A stretch of 63,184 nt of DNA, counting the filler, from Octopus bimaculoides (Eukaryota): NCBI RefSeq assembly GCF_001194135.2. It is 9 parts of 9 records of this genome, joined end to end, with 100 filler letters (N's around TTAATTAATTAA, not from the genome) between each part and the next. Parts side by side here need not be neighbours in the genome. Positions count along the whole stretch, not along the records: positions 18,850 to 25,297 come from NC_069001.1; positions 25,398 to 36,053 come from NC_068984.1; positions 36,154 to 42,205 come from NC_068989.1; 6 more parts are not named here. One strand, given 5' to 3'. The notes under the pieces were generated by a model that ran no database searches, was not told the origin of the DNA, and worked only from the letters and a program-made list of their open reading frames with translations. This document shows, in pieces, positions 24,689 through 37,999 of the stretch. Position 1 is the stretch's first letter. Each line of letters starts with the position of its first letter. The position numbers were made by a program, and so were the translations under genes.

Positions 24689-24866
24689 GGCACTACTTAA
24701 ATACAGAGGCCCCGCTCAAATACAGAGGTCCCGGATGCATCTACGTAACGATGTTTTTACAGTGCACACTCGTTAGGGTTAGGGTTAGTTTTAGGGTTAG
24801 AGTTACTTGGGGTTAGTTTTTAGGGTTAGGGTAGATGCGCCGGGACCTCTGTATTTGAGTAGTACC
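24689..24866. mobile_element. 178-bp MITE with GG...CC termini, 8-bp TSD and internal TTAGGG repeats (Merlin-like by terminal signature)
   Basis: TSD gctatttc at 24681-24688 and 24867-24874. Inverted ends ggcactact.aaatacagagg / cctctgtatttgagtagtacc, extended by gtcccgg..gcatctac. Five exact TTAGGG units lie between 24773 and 24831. Confidence 0.8.
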
Positions 24867-25398
24867 GCTATTTCTACAATACCTAGCGACCACATAACAG
24901 CCTTGGTGTGTATAAATGTATGCGCGCGCGTCTGTGTGTGTGCATGTGTGCGTGCGAGTTTGCATATAGGTGTGTGTGTGTGTGTGTGTATGAGTGCGAG
25001 TGTCTATCTGTATAGATGTGTGTGAATGCGTATAATGTAAGTGTGTATATATAAGTGTAGGCGTATTAGTACATGTAACTGCGTTTTCGGTATATATGTT
25101 TCGGTGTGTGTGATTGTGTGCATGTGTGATTGTGTGTATGTGCATGACTATGTGTATAAGTGTGTACGTGAGTGTACAAGTGTTTGCATATATGTTTGTG
25201 TTTATGAGTGTGTGTATATATATATATATGAATGTATGCATAAATGTATGAAAGTGTGGGTTTATAAGTGTATGTGCGTATAGGTGTAAACAAGTATNNN
25301 NNNNNNNNNNNNNNNNNNNNNNNNNNNNNNNNNNNNNNNNNTTAATTAATTAANNNNNNNNNNNNNNNNNNNNNNNNNNNNNNNNNNNNNNNNNNNNC

Positions 25399-26092
25399 TC
25401 TTATGTGTCCATAGCTTGCACTGGGCACATCTCATAGAGTTTCTACCTACGCCTTTTCTACAGATCGAGCAGGGCCATCTAACTGAAGGGGTTTGTGTTT
25501 TGTCTACCTTCCTACTTATTAGGACTTTGGTTTTAGCTAGGTTGACTCTACGGCCCTTCGATTCTAGTCCTTGCTTCCACACCTGAAACTTATCCTCTAG
25601 TTCTGATAGTGACTCAGCAATTAGTGCAAGGTCATCAGCATAGAGAAGCTCCCAGGGGCATCCTGTCTTGCATTCCTCTGTAATCGCTTGGAGGACTATC
25701 TTTAATAGGAGGGGGCTGAGGACTGAACCTTGGTGGACTCCTAACTCTACCTGGAATTCTTCACTTTATTCATTGCCAACCCTCACCTTACTGACAGCGT
25801 CCCTGTACATGGCTTGCACAGCTCTCACTAACCATTCTTCTATCCCTAGTTTCCTTATTGACCACCAGATAAGGGATCGGTGGACCCTGTCAAAGGCTTT
25901 CTCCATATCAATGAAAGCCAGGTAGAGAGGTTTATCTTTGGCTAGATATTTCTCCTGCAGCTGTGTTACCAGAAATATAGCATCAGTGGTGCTTCTCCCA
26001 GGCACAAACCGAAACTGCATCTCATCTAAACTGACTCTCTTAATTAATTGGGCTATGACCGTCTCCGTGACTTTCATTACCTGATCTAACAA
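25399..26092 (-). mobile_element. RTE-clade LINE reverse transcriptase segment, inverted relative to its 3' end
   Basis: Reads QFRFVPGRSTTDAIF...AFIDMEKAFDRV...GVHQGSVLSPLL...LLYADDLAL...RVNLAKTK, then a Cys-rich insert WPCSICRKGVGRNSMRCAQCKLWTHK. One stop or frameshift region. Confidence 0.92.
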
Positions 26093-27022
26093 GGCTCGCA
26101 AGGAATGAAGCCAGTATGCTCCGATGGATGTGTAATGTCAGTGTGCATACTAAACAGTGTGTAAGTACCTTGAGAAAAAAAGTTGAACCTAAGAAGCATC
26201 AGTTGACGTGTGTAAGAGAGACGATTGCACTGGTATGGTCATGTGGCGAGAATGGATGAGGATAGCTGTGTGAAAAAGCGCCACGCCCTAGCGGTTGAGG
26301 GAACCTGTGGAAGAGGTAGGCCTAGGAAGACCTGGGATGAGGTGGTGAGGCACGACCTTCGTACATTGGGCCTCACCGAGGCGATGACTTCTGACCGAGA
26401 CCTTTGGAAGTATGCTGTGTGTGAGAAGACCCGGCAAATCAAGTGAGACCTAAATCCAAGGCGTCTGCCAGGGGTGTAGCCAGTCCACTTATGCGTACTT
26501 TCCTTCATTGGACACTAAACTGCACTTGCGAAGACCTGTTGAGGCAACTGAAATCGAAATCGAACTAAATTCGACGACTGGCACCCATGCCAACGTCGTT
26601 TCCTTCGTTGGACACTAAACTCGGCTTGCGAAGACTTGTTGGGGCAAGCGAAAGCGAAATAGTGATAGCACCTGTGCCCAGCATCGCCTTCCTGGCACTT
26701 GTGCCTGAGGCACGTGTAAAGACATTCGAGCGAGATCGTTGCCAGTACCGCTGGACTGGCTTCTGTGCAGGTTGCACGTAAAATACACCATTTTGAGGGT
26801 GGCAGTTGCCAGTACCGCCTGACTGGCCTTCGTGCCGGTGGCACGTAAAAGCACCCACTACAATCTCGGAGTGGTTAGCGTTAGGAAGGGCATCCAGCTG
26901 TAGAAACTTTGCCAAATCAGATTGGAGCCTGGTGTAGCCATCTGGTTCACCAGTCCTCAGTCAAATCGTCCAACCCATGTCAGCATGGAAAGCGTACGTT
27001 AAACGATGATGATGATGATGAT
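26093..27022 (+). mobile_element. RTE-clade LINE C-terminus, 3' UTR and (GAT)n tail
   Basis: Reads RNEASMLRWMCNV...LHWYGHVARMDEDSCVKK...RGRPRKTWDEVVRHDL, followed by a UTR with internal repeats and a gatgatgatgat tail. Confidence 0.9.
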
Positions 27023-27129
27023 ATATATATAGACGATCAAAAAATGGAGGAAAAACAACAAATAGAGGTGTATCTTTGGTGTTAAAAAGCCATTATTTAA
27101 TTAGTTAAGCAAGGTTAAGGTAAGAGTGA

Positions 27130-27206
27130 GTTTACAGCTGTTTCTGTGCACCATGTTGAGGTAAATCTGTATTTACCTCATTGCAAATGGTAGACGTCAT
27201 CAGAAC
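27130..27206 (-). ncRNA. Candidate type I hammerhead ribozyme in the Penelope pseudo-LTR (intact core)
   Basis: Minus strand: GTT-CTGATGA-[long stem II: cgtctaccat...gaggtaaat/atttacctc...atggtgcaca]-GAAAC-AGCT-GTA-AAC. The stem III loop is palindromic. Stem I is only 3 bp and the first stem II pair is mismatched. Confidence 0.55.
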
Positions 27207-28407
27207 GAAGAAGGCAGAGATGCACACAAAGATGAGAATAGAGCGAAAGATAGAGGGAGAAGTTTGAAAAGAAAACGCGTACCTTCCAGACCCCGCATAA
27301 CAATAAAAGCTCATAAACCTAATTTCTTAACAGATACAAAAGTTAGATTAATATGCCTCAATAAGTCCGATCTATGTAAATTAAGTAAATTAATATTAGA
27401 TAAATATATCCCTAAATTAAAGAATATGATACCCCTAGAATTATGGTCCAACACCTACGAAACATTAAACTGGTTCTCCAAAATACAGAACAAGAAAAAC
27501 TACAAGTTCCTACAAATAGACATAGAAGACTACTGCTCATCTAATAACCCTACGATCCTTAATAGTGCTCTTATCTCCGCCAAAAATCTTACCCAACTAA
27601 CAAGGAAGGAAATTAATGTAGTCTTAGAAGCGAGAAAATCAGTAATAATTTTCGATAATAAACTATGGGTAAGAAAAGACTCCCCTAATAATTTCGATAT
27701 CACCATGGGAGCCCCAGATTCAGCACAGGTAAAAGACTTAGTAGGTATTTATTTGTTATCATACATACAGGAAGAATTCCCAGAAATCAAGGGTGGGTTA
27801 TATAGGGTCACACTATTCATACCAAAAAAACGTCTCAAATAGGAGATTAGAACTAATTATGAGAAAACTACATAAACTTTTTAGAAGATTCGACCTAACT
27901 ATTACCTATAAATTACCTAGACGCCAACTGCACTCTAGCCACGGGACTCCACGAACCCTACATAAAACCTAATACAAACCTCAAGTATATAAGCGCATCC
28001 AGTAACCATCCAAACTTTATTAAAAGAGGATCAGTACGTAGCATTAGCAAAAGAATTTCACGCCTCTCTTCTAACCTAGATATCTTTAATAAGTATAAAG
28101 AATTCTACAATAGAGCATTAGAAAAACCAGGTCATAAACAAAAAATTAAAGACCTAAGCTTAAAACATTATACAAATAATCGGAACAATATAAATGCCCA
28201 AGGCAACTATCACAACACTAACCACACTCCAAACGAAACCAACAACCACATTAATAATATGAACAACATAGATAAGATTAATACCAATAATATAAAAAAA
28301 AACTATAGAAGTAATGATAAGATTCAAACTAAGGTAACTAACAACATTAAAAACGATAACAAAACTAATACCAACAATGTGAAAATTAATAAATTTAATA
28401 CTAACAC

Positions 28408-28577
<170 letters not shown>

Positions 28578-30976
28578 AAAATAACGAACCCCAAAGAACC
28601 AATATAACCCCAGTGAAGAATGATAACACCAAGCCATATAACTTAAGAAAACCGTACAGAAATAAACCCAATAAAACTGACATTAAAAATAATAAAAATA
28701 AAAATAACTATAGAAAGAAATATAATAATCGTAATAGCAACTTTACACTCTACACGAACACTGAGGATAGCTTCTACACCAAAAATAATAATACTAAAAA
28801 TAAACGAAATAGCGATAAGATCTGGTTAATAATCGCCTTCGCGATGCAGCTTAAATCTAACATAGTTCACTCCATAATGAGACTTATAGATAAGCACTTG
28901 AACCTAAATAACAAATACTCGGAAATCTTTAAGAATAAAATTAGAGTAGGCCATAGCCTAACTAGTAACCAAGCTACCATCATAGCCTCGATCAACAATA
29001 AGCTAGATGCCTTCTACGAAACTAGGAAAAAATACCAACATAAAACATGACTGCCAACAGGCAAATGGAATAAATCTCGTCCCTAATAACTCGACCTCAA
29101 ACACGGACAACGGCTTGATGAATAGCAACCCCACTCAACATAACACAAGCACAAATAAACTGAATAATTTATATACCAATGCGATGTACTCGCAAATAAA
29201 CATACGAAATCTTATATAGGAGCCACAAAAAAATCAAATGATGCTTAGATACAATTCCCACCAATCTACCTTTAGAAATAGTAGAAGTAAAGCAAACTCT
29301 ACAGGACTGAGCAGCTACATCTGGGAATTAAAAGATAAAAAATCAACTATAGTTTAGAATGGCGTATCCTAGCAAGAACTTCGTCTTATATCATTAACAA
29401 AAAGCGCTGTGAGCTTTGTATAACAGAGAAACTACAAATGTTCACCCATTAAGTCCCACTGTCCTATAAATAGGACACGAAATGAAAACCTTAATAAACT
29501 ACATCATATTGTCTCAGTGTCCTATTTATAAGACACCGTGTATTTCCATTTCTACTTGAAGTAAAGGAGTTTTAATAATTAATTTTAACCTATTTTCAAT
29601 CATCTATAAAAATTTAAAAGTAATATTCGGAAATTTTAGTACCATGGATTTAATGAGTTAATGGCCTCTACTCAATAAAAGATATGATAATAATAAATTT
29701 TGTTTGCATAAAGGCCGATTTCGTTAAACGTGCTCTTTCCTGTATACGCCACTGTCTCCTAGCTTAAATGTTATTAGCAGACCTACTTATCAGCGTATTA
29801 CCTCACCTTAACCTTCCCGAACCTAACTAGCTTACGAATATCCAGCCCACATTATGAATAAATAAAAATAGCCATATCCTATGCTAGCCTACCCCAACCC
29901 ACATTATCAATAAATATCTACTTTCTACGCTAGCCAACCTTTTCTACTTTCTACGCTAGCCTACCTTTTTCTAATCTACTTCCTACGCTAGCCTATCTTT
30001 TTCTTATAATTCTTTTCAGTCGAGAACTACCAACTCTTTTTACACATTAAATTACTCCTCTTCTATCTTTTTCGTTTCCGTTTCATTGCACTCCTCAAAC
30101 TTAAATATTATTCCGATACTTTGTCTTTACACGCTAAATCTTACTGCTACTAGATACGAAATTTACCCTTATTTACGGCTTCCTTTGCAAATATACGAAC
30201 TATTCACAACCTATAAGTTAGGGACAAATAGTTCCTATTAACCACACCGGATATCCCTAATTAGGGATAACTCCCCAAGATTACACCGGCGGACAACTAG
30301 CCGAACAGGCAGTAACGTGGAAGTCATGCTAATAATTAACTACGAGACTTCAGATTCAACCAACCTCTCTTCTTAAACTACCTCACAATGGATTTAATGA
30401 ACTTTGAAACCAACTAAAATGTAAGACTTTCGAATCATTGAACAGTTTCTTTTCCGATTTCTCCCTCTATCTTTCGTTCTATTCTCCTCTTTGACAATTT
30501 CTGCCTTCTTCGTTCTGATAACGTCTACCATTTGCAACGAGGTAAATACATATTTACCTCAATATGGTACACAGTAACAGCTGTAAACTCACTCTTATTT
30601 TCACCTTGCTTAACTAATTAAATAATGGCTTTTTAGCATCAAAGATACACTTTTATTTGTTGTTTTTCCTCCATTTTCTGTTCGTCTACGTATACACTAA
30701 ACTACGGTTAACATTTTTAAATTACCTGCTGCGTATACCTTGTACCAAGGACCATACTTACGGAGGTAACTACCAGGAGTGCCTCTGATTACTTCTATCC
30801 CTACGATGGCTTAACACCTCTAACTTATACCTTACATNNNNNNNNNNNNNNNNNNNNNNNNNNNNNNNNNNNNNNNNNNNNNNNNNNNNNNNNNNNNNNN
30901 NNNNNNNNNNNNNNNNNNNNNNNNNNNNNNNNNNTAAATATATATATAATATAAATAATGTATACATATGTGCACG

Positions 30977-31214
30977 TACCTACATCTATATGTATACATA
31001 CGTGCATATATGGGTACAGGACATAAAAAAAAACGTTAAACACAATGAGAAACGAAAACATAAAAACAAATACAGAAAACAAACTTTTTTCGAACAACGA
31101 AAAAAACAGAGTTGAAGAAAGTTCGTTTTCTGTTTTCGTTTCTCATTGTGTTTAACATTTTTTTTTATGTCCTGTACCCATATATGCATGTATGTATACA
31201 TATAGATGTAGGTA
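30977..31214. repeat. Head-to-head palindrome with arms of about 95-110 bp and a short spacer
   Basis: tacctacatctatatgtatacata...gggtacaggacat...aacacaatgagaaacgaaaac versus gttttcgtttctcattgtgttt...atgtcctgtaccc...tatagatgtaggta. A related single arm is at about 1335-1400. Confidence 0.85.
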
Positions 31215-32012
31215 AGTACATATATGTATGGATATATGCATATATCTATATATTATTTATATTATTTTATGATTGAACGCCACGCATCCTTTTCCAAGTA
31301 AGTTGTATATATATATATAAACGATCAAAGAGATTCTGTTGTCGGCAAAATATGTTATTTAGTAAAATGAATTAAAGTTAGTACAGAGAACTTGTCATGG
31401 GGAACTAGACATTCCAACGTTTAGAAAAACCGTCAACTTCTTTTCCTTGAAGAAGGACTCCGTCGGAAACGCTGAATTGTTCATTCCTAAAGTCAAACTC
31501 ACTGTATTCTTTTTGTCGATTTCACTGTAAATATGTGTGTTCGTGTTTGTATGTCCTTGTATGTGTGTAGTGGGGAGGGATGATTGATTTTTTTCTTCGG
31601 CACAAATCGCCTCAGTGTATGTTCATGATTGAGAGCTTATTCATGTGTTTGTATATATCAACAGACATTCTTTCATCATATATACATATGTGTGTGTACA
31701 CACACACGCACGCACACACACACACACACACACATATGCACACACACGTACGCACACAAAAATGCACTCATACACACAGAGACATACACATACATACACA
31801 TCTTGAAACTAATTTAGCTTGGAACATATGACGCAGAGGTCAGTATCCTAAACATACAACTGTACAAATAAACATGAAGTATGTATGTATGGATGTATGG
31901 ATGGATGGATGGATGGATAGATAGATGGACGCACATATATGAATATGTATGTGTAACTGTGCAGTTGTATGACGCTATATACTTATATATATATACACAC
32001 ATATATATATAC

Positions 32013-32060
<48 letters not shown>

Positions 32061-33577
32061 GTTTCACGTTTGTTCAGTCCACTGGGCATGCTTGCATATT
32101 TACATCAGTTTATGTATATATCTGTTTGTGTAGGTGTGAATATAGTTGAATTCATATGAACAAATTTAGATTCAATTTATATCAAGTCAACATTCGAAAT
32201 AAACAACTAAATGTACTTCAATTACCAACCTACGTATATTTGTACATACAGATATATAAACGTAAACATACAAATGTGTATGTAGGTGAATAGTTATGTA
32301 TGTATATGTATGTGTGTGTGTATATGTAAATATATATATATACATATATATATATATGTGTGAATATATATATATGTATATATATGTGTGTGAATATATA
32401 TATATGTATATATATGTGTGTTTCTGTTCTACGGATATTGAGATGTAAAATAACGTGATAGTACTGAGGGATACATATATCCTTTTTGCTGAATTGATAT
32501 AAGATTAAATTTTATTTTAATTGTGTGTATATTGGTATATGCTAGAGTTTTTTAGAGTGAAGTTATTAAGAACATTATCATCATTATTATTATTATTGTT
32601 ATTATCATTTAAGTGTGGTTTTGTTTTACTCTAGTTTGAATGTTATATTTTTTTTAAATTGTTTTCTACGGCATGATTTCTTTCTTTCTTTCTTACATTC
32701 TTTCTTTATTTATTTATTTATTTATTAAATTTGATATTTATTTTGATGATTATTACTCTAACGGATTTTATAGCGTTCTAAATTGAACAGTAAATNNNNN
32801 NNNNNNNNNNNNNNNNNNNNNNNNNNNNNNNNNNNNNNNNNNNNNNNNNNNNNNNNNNNNNNNNNNNNNNNNNNNNNNNNNNNNNNNNNNNNNNNNNNNN
32901 NNNNNNNNNNNNNNNNNNNNNNNNNNNNNNNNNNNNNNNNNNNNNNNNNNNNNNNNNNNNNNNNNNNNNNNNNNNNNNNNNNNNNNNNNNNNNNNNNNNN
33001 NNNNNNNNNNNNNNNNNNNNNNNNNNNNNNNNNNNNNNNNNNNNNNNNNNNNNNNNNNNNNNNNNNNNNNNNNNNNNNNNNNNNNNNNNNNNNNNNNNNN
33101 NNNNNNNNNNNNNNNNNNNNNNNNNNNNNNNNNNNNNNNNNNNNNNNNNNNNNNNNNNNNNNNNNNNNNNNNNNNNNNNNNNNNNNNNNNNNNNNNNNNN
33201 NNNNNNNNNNNNNNNNNNNNNNNNNNNNNNNNNNNNNNNNNNNNNNNNNNNNNNNNNNNNNNNNNNNNNNNNNNNNNNNNNNNNNNNNNNNNNNNNNNNN
33301 NNNNNNNNNNNNNNNNNNNNNNNNNNNNNNNNNNNNNNNNNNNNNNNNNNNNNNNNNNNNNNNNNNNNNNNNNNNNNNNNNNNNNNNNNNNNNNNNNNNN
33401 NNNNNNNATATATATATATATATACATATATCATATATATAAATGTGTGCATATATAAGTATATATGCATATGTATACATGTATGTATATAAAAAAATCT
33501 ATATCCGTATACAAGCAAAAGCGTGCAGTCGCACGCATGCACACGCACGCGCAGACACACACACGCACACACACACA

Positions 33578-33608
<31 letters not shown>

Positions 33609-34234
33609 GAACGTACGCACACACGGATACAAGCATATGTCTGCATGTGAGTTATATAGATGTGTAGGTCTGTGTGAAATGTGAAAGGTCTGTGTATACC
33701 CATGCAGATAATTCGGCTATCAAGATTTTATCAAAGGTCATTCGACATCCGATAACGTGGTAAATACATTCCAAGTGACTATGTAGTGAGTGTACAGTTT
33801 ATATACATGTAAACAGTGTATGCAGTGTATATAGATTCAATATATATGTGAATATGTCACAAGATATGTATGTGATGGAGAATGATTATACATGTGTGCG
33901 TATGTGCGTGCATGCGTGCGCGCGCACATGTGTGAGTGTGTGTGTCTAATTATATAAAAAACCAACATCGGCAGGACGAATGTAGAAAATAGAAGTGTTT
34001 TATTCCAGTGTCGCTGCATTTCTCTATCTCTAGTTAAAACATCAACTTCTTTGTGTGTACATACTTGCAGTAAAACATGTTTATCATAATAAAGCTTTGT
34101 TACGTTGAGCCAAATCTCATGGATGTGTGGTTAGAATGTTTGCTTGATTTCTGGTTTGGTCCTTCCTTGCCTCATACAGAGAGCCATAGTCTGACTAATA
34201 CCTTCTGAGTAACATTTGGTTGATGTCTATGTGT

Positions 34235-34303
<69 letters not shown>

Positions 34304-34823
34304 TGTGTGCGCGCGCGCGCGACTTTTTCTGTATTTTTCCCCCCACTACCGCTTGACAATTGACGTTAGTGTGTGTTTATAACCCTGTAACATAACGGTT
34401 CGGCAAAATAGATCGATAGAATAAGTACTAGGCTTAAAATTATAAGTCTTGTGGTCGACTTGTTCGACTAAAAGCCCACCAAGGCGGTGTCCCAGCACGG
34501 CTGCAGTCAAATGACTGAAACAAGTAAACGATAAAAGATGTTTATTGATGATGAAGAGGATCATCCTGGAAGAGCCCTGTGCCAGTGTCATGTAAAAGTT
34601 ATTTGCACTACATAAAAGTGCTTGTGTTGGTGTCACCTTAAAAGCATGCAGCATACGCTGTAAAGTGGTTGGCGCTAGGAAGGGCGTCCAGCCATAGAAA
34701 CCGTACAAAATATAACTGGAACCTGGTATAGTTCTCCAGCTTGCCAGCTCTAGTTAACTCGCCCAACCCTTGCCAGCATGGAAAACGGACGTTAAAGGAT
34801 GTTGATGATGATGATGATATATA

Positions 34824-35935
34824 CAGAGTGCGTAAGTTATTCGAGAACATACCTTCTTGGGGTCATTGCTGCATTTTTTGCTAACTCTGTGTAATCTTTG
34901 TTTCAGAAAATAATAATGGCAGATCCTCAAATTACTCAAGACATGAAGAGGCATGCTGTTATTGTGGTTATAAAGGCTCAACATAACGATTTAGAAATAT
35001 CTCGAGTTTCAAAAGTTATCAGATCTTTCGTCTGCAAAGTTTGTAAGGAGCTAGAGACTGAAGACGGAAATGTATCACCAGTATCGAAGCATAAAAAGCA
35101 TTCTAAACCTTCTGAAATCATCAGAACACCTGAATTTATCCAGTAAGTTCAACAGACCATTGATAACAATCCCACAAAGTCCATGAGGTCAATTGCAAAA
35201 GATCCCCATGTATCAGAAGGAACAGTCAGAAATGTTATCCACGAAGATATGATGAGGAAAGGTCAGTTTGTCCGAAAAAGCAAAAAAAAAAAAAGAATCA
35301 CTACATCAGATCTAAAAGGCTCTTAAACAAACTTAAAAATCCAGCAGAAGATTTAATCTGGTTTTTCTCAAGCGAGAGAAACTACGACCAAGATCAAAAA
35401 GTTAACAGACGAAATGACTGCTGGTTATGTGTAGACACTTCTGAAGTTTCAAGTGTTATGCATACAAAATTTCCGGGCAACTGTCATGGATTTAGGGGTT
35501 GTCAACAATGAAGGAATGTGATGCCTCCTTACTTCTTTCCACAAGGCCTTAGGGTTAACTCCGCCGCCTACATTGGGGTCCTGGGAATAATTGGATAGAT
35601 AATGTATGCAACGGAAGGGCATATGTATTTCAGTAAGACTCTGCACTATCACACACCGCTTTAGTAACACAGGAATGGATGGCTGAAGATTTTCATGATC
35701 ACATAACCCTTAACGTTTGGTGCCCTAATTCCCCAGATGTCAATCCATTGGACTATTACAGGTGGAGCGTTGTTGAGAGAGAGGTCAATGAACATGCCCA
35801 TAACACCAAGGATTCTGTGAAAGCTGCCATAGTCAGAGTAATGTCCAAAATGAACCAGGACCACTTGATTCGAGCATGTAAATAATTTAGATCTCATATA
35901 GAATCAGTTGTTGAATCTGAATAACATATTGAATA
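34824..35935 (+). mobile_element. Decayed maT/DD37D-type (Tc1/mariner superfamily) transposon
   Basis: TA + CAGAGTG start. Transposase remnants include DQDQKVNRRND, MHTKFP, and TQEWMAEDFHDHITLNVWCPNSPDVNPLDYYRWSVVERE...HLIRAC. Confidence 0.85.
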
Positions 35936-36153
35936 ACATTATAGAAAAGAAAAATTATTTTTATCTTTATAGCATGTTTTTGATAAATAAAGTTATCTCT
36001 TATTATATATCTGTTTTTTTTTTTATATATATAAACATAAATCTGTATATATANNNNNNNNNNNNNNNNNNNNNNNNNNNNNNNNNNNNNNNNNNNNTTA
36101 ATTAATTAANNNNNNNNNNNNNNNNNNNNNNNNNNNNNNNNNNNNNNNNNNNN

Positions 36154-36497
36154 GGTCAGAGGATCGCGGTTTCGATTCCCAGACCGGGCGTTGTAAGTGT
36201 TTATTGAGCGAAAACATCTAAAGCTCCACGAGGCTCCGGCAGGGGATGGTGGTGAACCCTGCTGCACTCTTTTACCACAACTTTCTCTCACTCTTACTTC
36301 CTGTTTCTATTGTGCCTGTAATTCAAAGGGTCAGCCTTGTCACATTGTGTCACGCTGAATATCCCCGAGAAATATGTGAATGGTACACGTGTCTGTGGAG
36401 TGCTCAGCCACTTGCACGTTAATTTCACGAGCCGGCTGTTCCGTTGATCGGATCAACTGGAACCCTCGACGTCGTAAACGACAGAGTGCCAACAAAA
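36154..36497 (+). mobile_element. tRNA-derived SINE, family B (5' end in gap)
   Basis: High identity to 54737-55118. Confidence 0.9.
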
Positions 36498-37294
36498 AAA
36501 CAAAACAAATGTACGTACGTATGTATGTATGTTTGTATGTATGCACAGGTGCGAGTATAAAAATTCTCGCTAGCGCACAGATTATATTAACATCTTTAAG
36601 ACAAGTTCTCCGCCAGAAAAAAGTTAATCCCTGCTTGTCTTTTGAGTGCATCGCTTTCATCCCTCCCACAACTTGTCAATGCATGACGTTAATTGTTATG
36701 TTACGATAAATATCACTGTGTCATCTTATACTAAGATTATTATTCGTGTCTTTTCATACTGAAATGTTATGTGTTTAATTTGAGGGAAATGTTTATAAAA
36801 TTATTTACGTTTCTTTCTGATATTGTGAATTGTATTTTGGACATTGATTTATATCGTATCCACCTCGATAGTTGGTTGTGTAATAAAACAAACATGGCAA
36901 TTTACGTCAGTTTTTATTTTGAGATATTGTTCAATTTCTAATTTCATCTCGAAACAGATTTAAAACAAACACTTATAGTCAACGGATATGCAAGTAGAAA
37001 ACTTGATATGAGGCATAATCTTTCAATTCCAACTGAAGAAAATTACATCGATTTCTTATGCGAGCACATCAGAACACACAAGCAAGGAAAATGACAAACG
37101 GAATTCATGGAAATCCCCTAGAGCCAACATTAATAAATTTGCTGGAAAAGAAAATTCAAGATATTTCCTTTTGAAAAACATTTCGAGAGACGATCCACAA
37201 TAGCAGAATAAATGGAAAACGTATACCCACTCTGACACCTAATATATGAGAGCTTGTTTATAACTCATGAACACTTATTGGACAACTAGATATG

Positions 37295-37367
<73 letters not shown>

Positions 37368-37374
37368 CACGTAT

Positions 37375-37560
37375 GCAAATTTTCTTCAAGACTCGTTTAC
37401 TGGTGTAGGCAGCAAGATGGTAATAGGTAGATCGACAGACAGAAATTGCCATTTATGTATACCACTTGGTCAAGAAGGAATGCAGTACCCATTACCCCAC
37501 TCAAGTCAACCGAAACTGGTAGGAGGGAGGAAGAAAGGGGTGAAAGGAGGAGATAGAGAA
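37375..37560. repeat. Interspersed repeat; second direct copy at about 41580-41790
   Basis: Both copies share tttactggtgtaggc.gcaagatggtaa.aggtagatcgacagacagaaattgccatttatgtataccact..gtcaagaaggaatgc. The gcaaa.tttc.tcaag...acagacag...atttat.tata segment resembles DINE-1/HINE ends, but that resemblance is weak. Confidence 0.75.
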
Positions 37561-37927
37561 GGATAGATATACACACATACACACATACATTTATATTCAC
37601 ACAAATATTTACATACGTGTATATGNNNNNNNNNNNNNNNNNNNNNNNNNNNNNNNNNNNNNNNNNNNNNNNNNNNNNNNNNNNNNNNNNNNNNNNNNNN
37701 NNNNNNNNNNNNNNNNNNNNNNNNNNNNNNNNNNNNNNNNNNNNNNNNNNNNNNNNNNNNNNNNNNNNNNNNNNNNNNNNNNNNNNNNNNNNNNNNNNNN
37801 NNNNNNNNNNNNNNNNNNNNNNNNNNNNNNNNNNNNNNNNNNNNNNNNNNNNNNNNNNNNNNNNNNNNNNNNNNNNNNNNNNNNNNGTGTGTGTGTGTGT
37901 GTGTATGTATATATGTATATATATATG

Positions 37928-37999
<72 letters not shown>

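Noticed and set aside
29045-29056. In-frame TGA at a Cys-expected position of the PLE linker (possible selenocysteine, as reported for some Naiads)
   Set aside because: tgactgc is explained more simply by a 2-bp deletion from tgtaactgc (Cys-Asn-Cys). The frame does not continue after the TGA, and I did not identify a SECIS.
31445-31475. ttgaagaaggactccgtcggaaacgct, hammerhead-like
   Set aside because: The core C3 and the cleavage triplet are absent and the stems do not pair convincingly.
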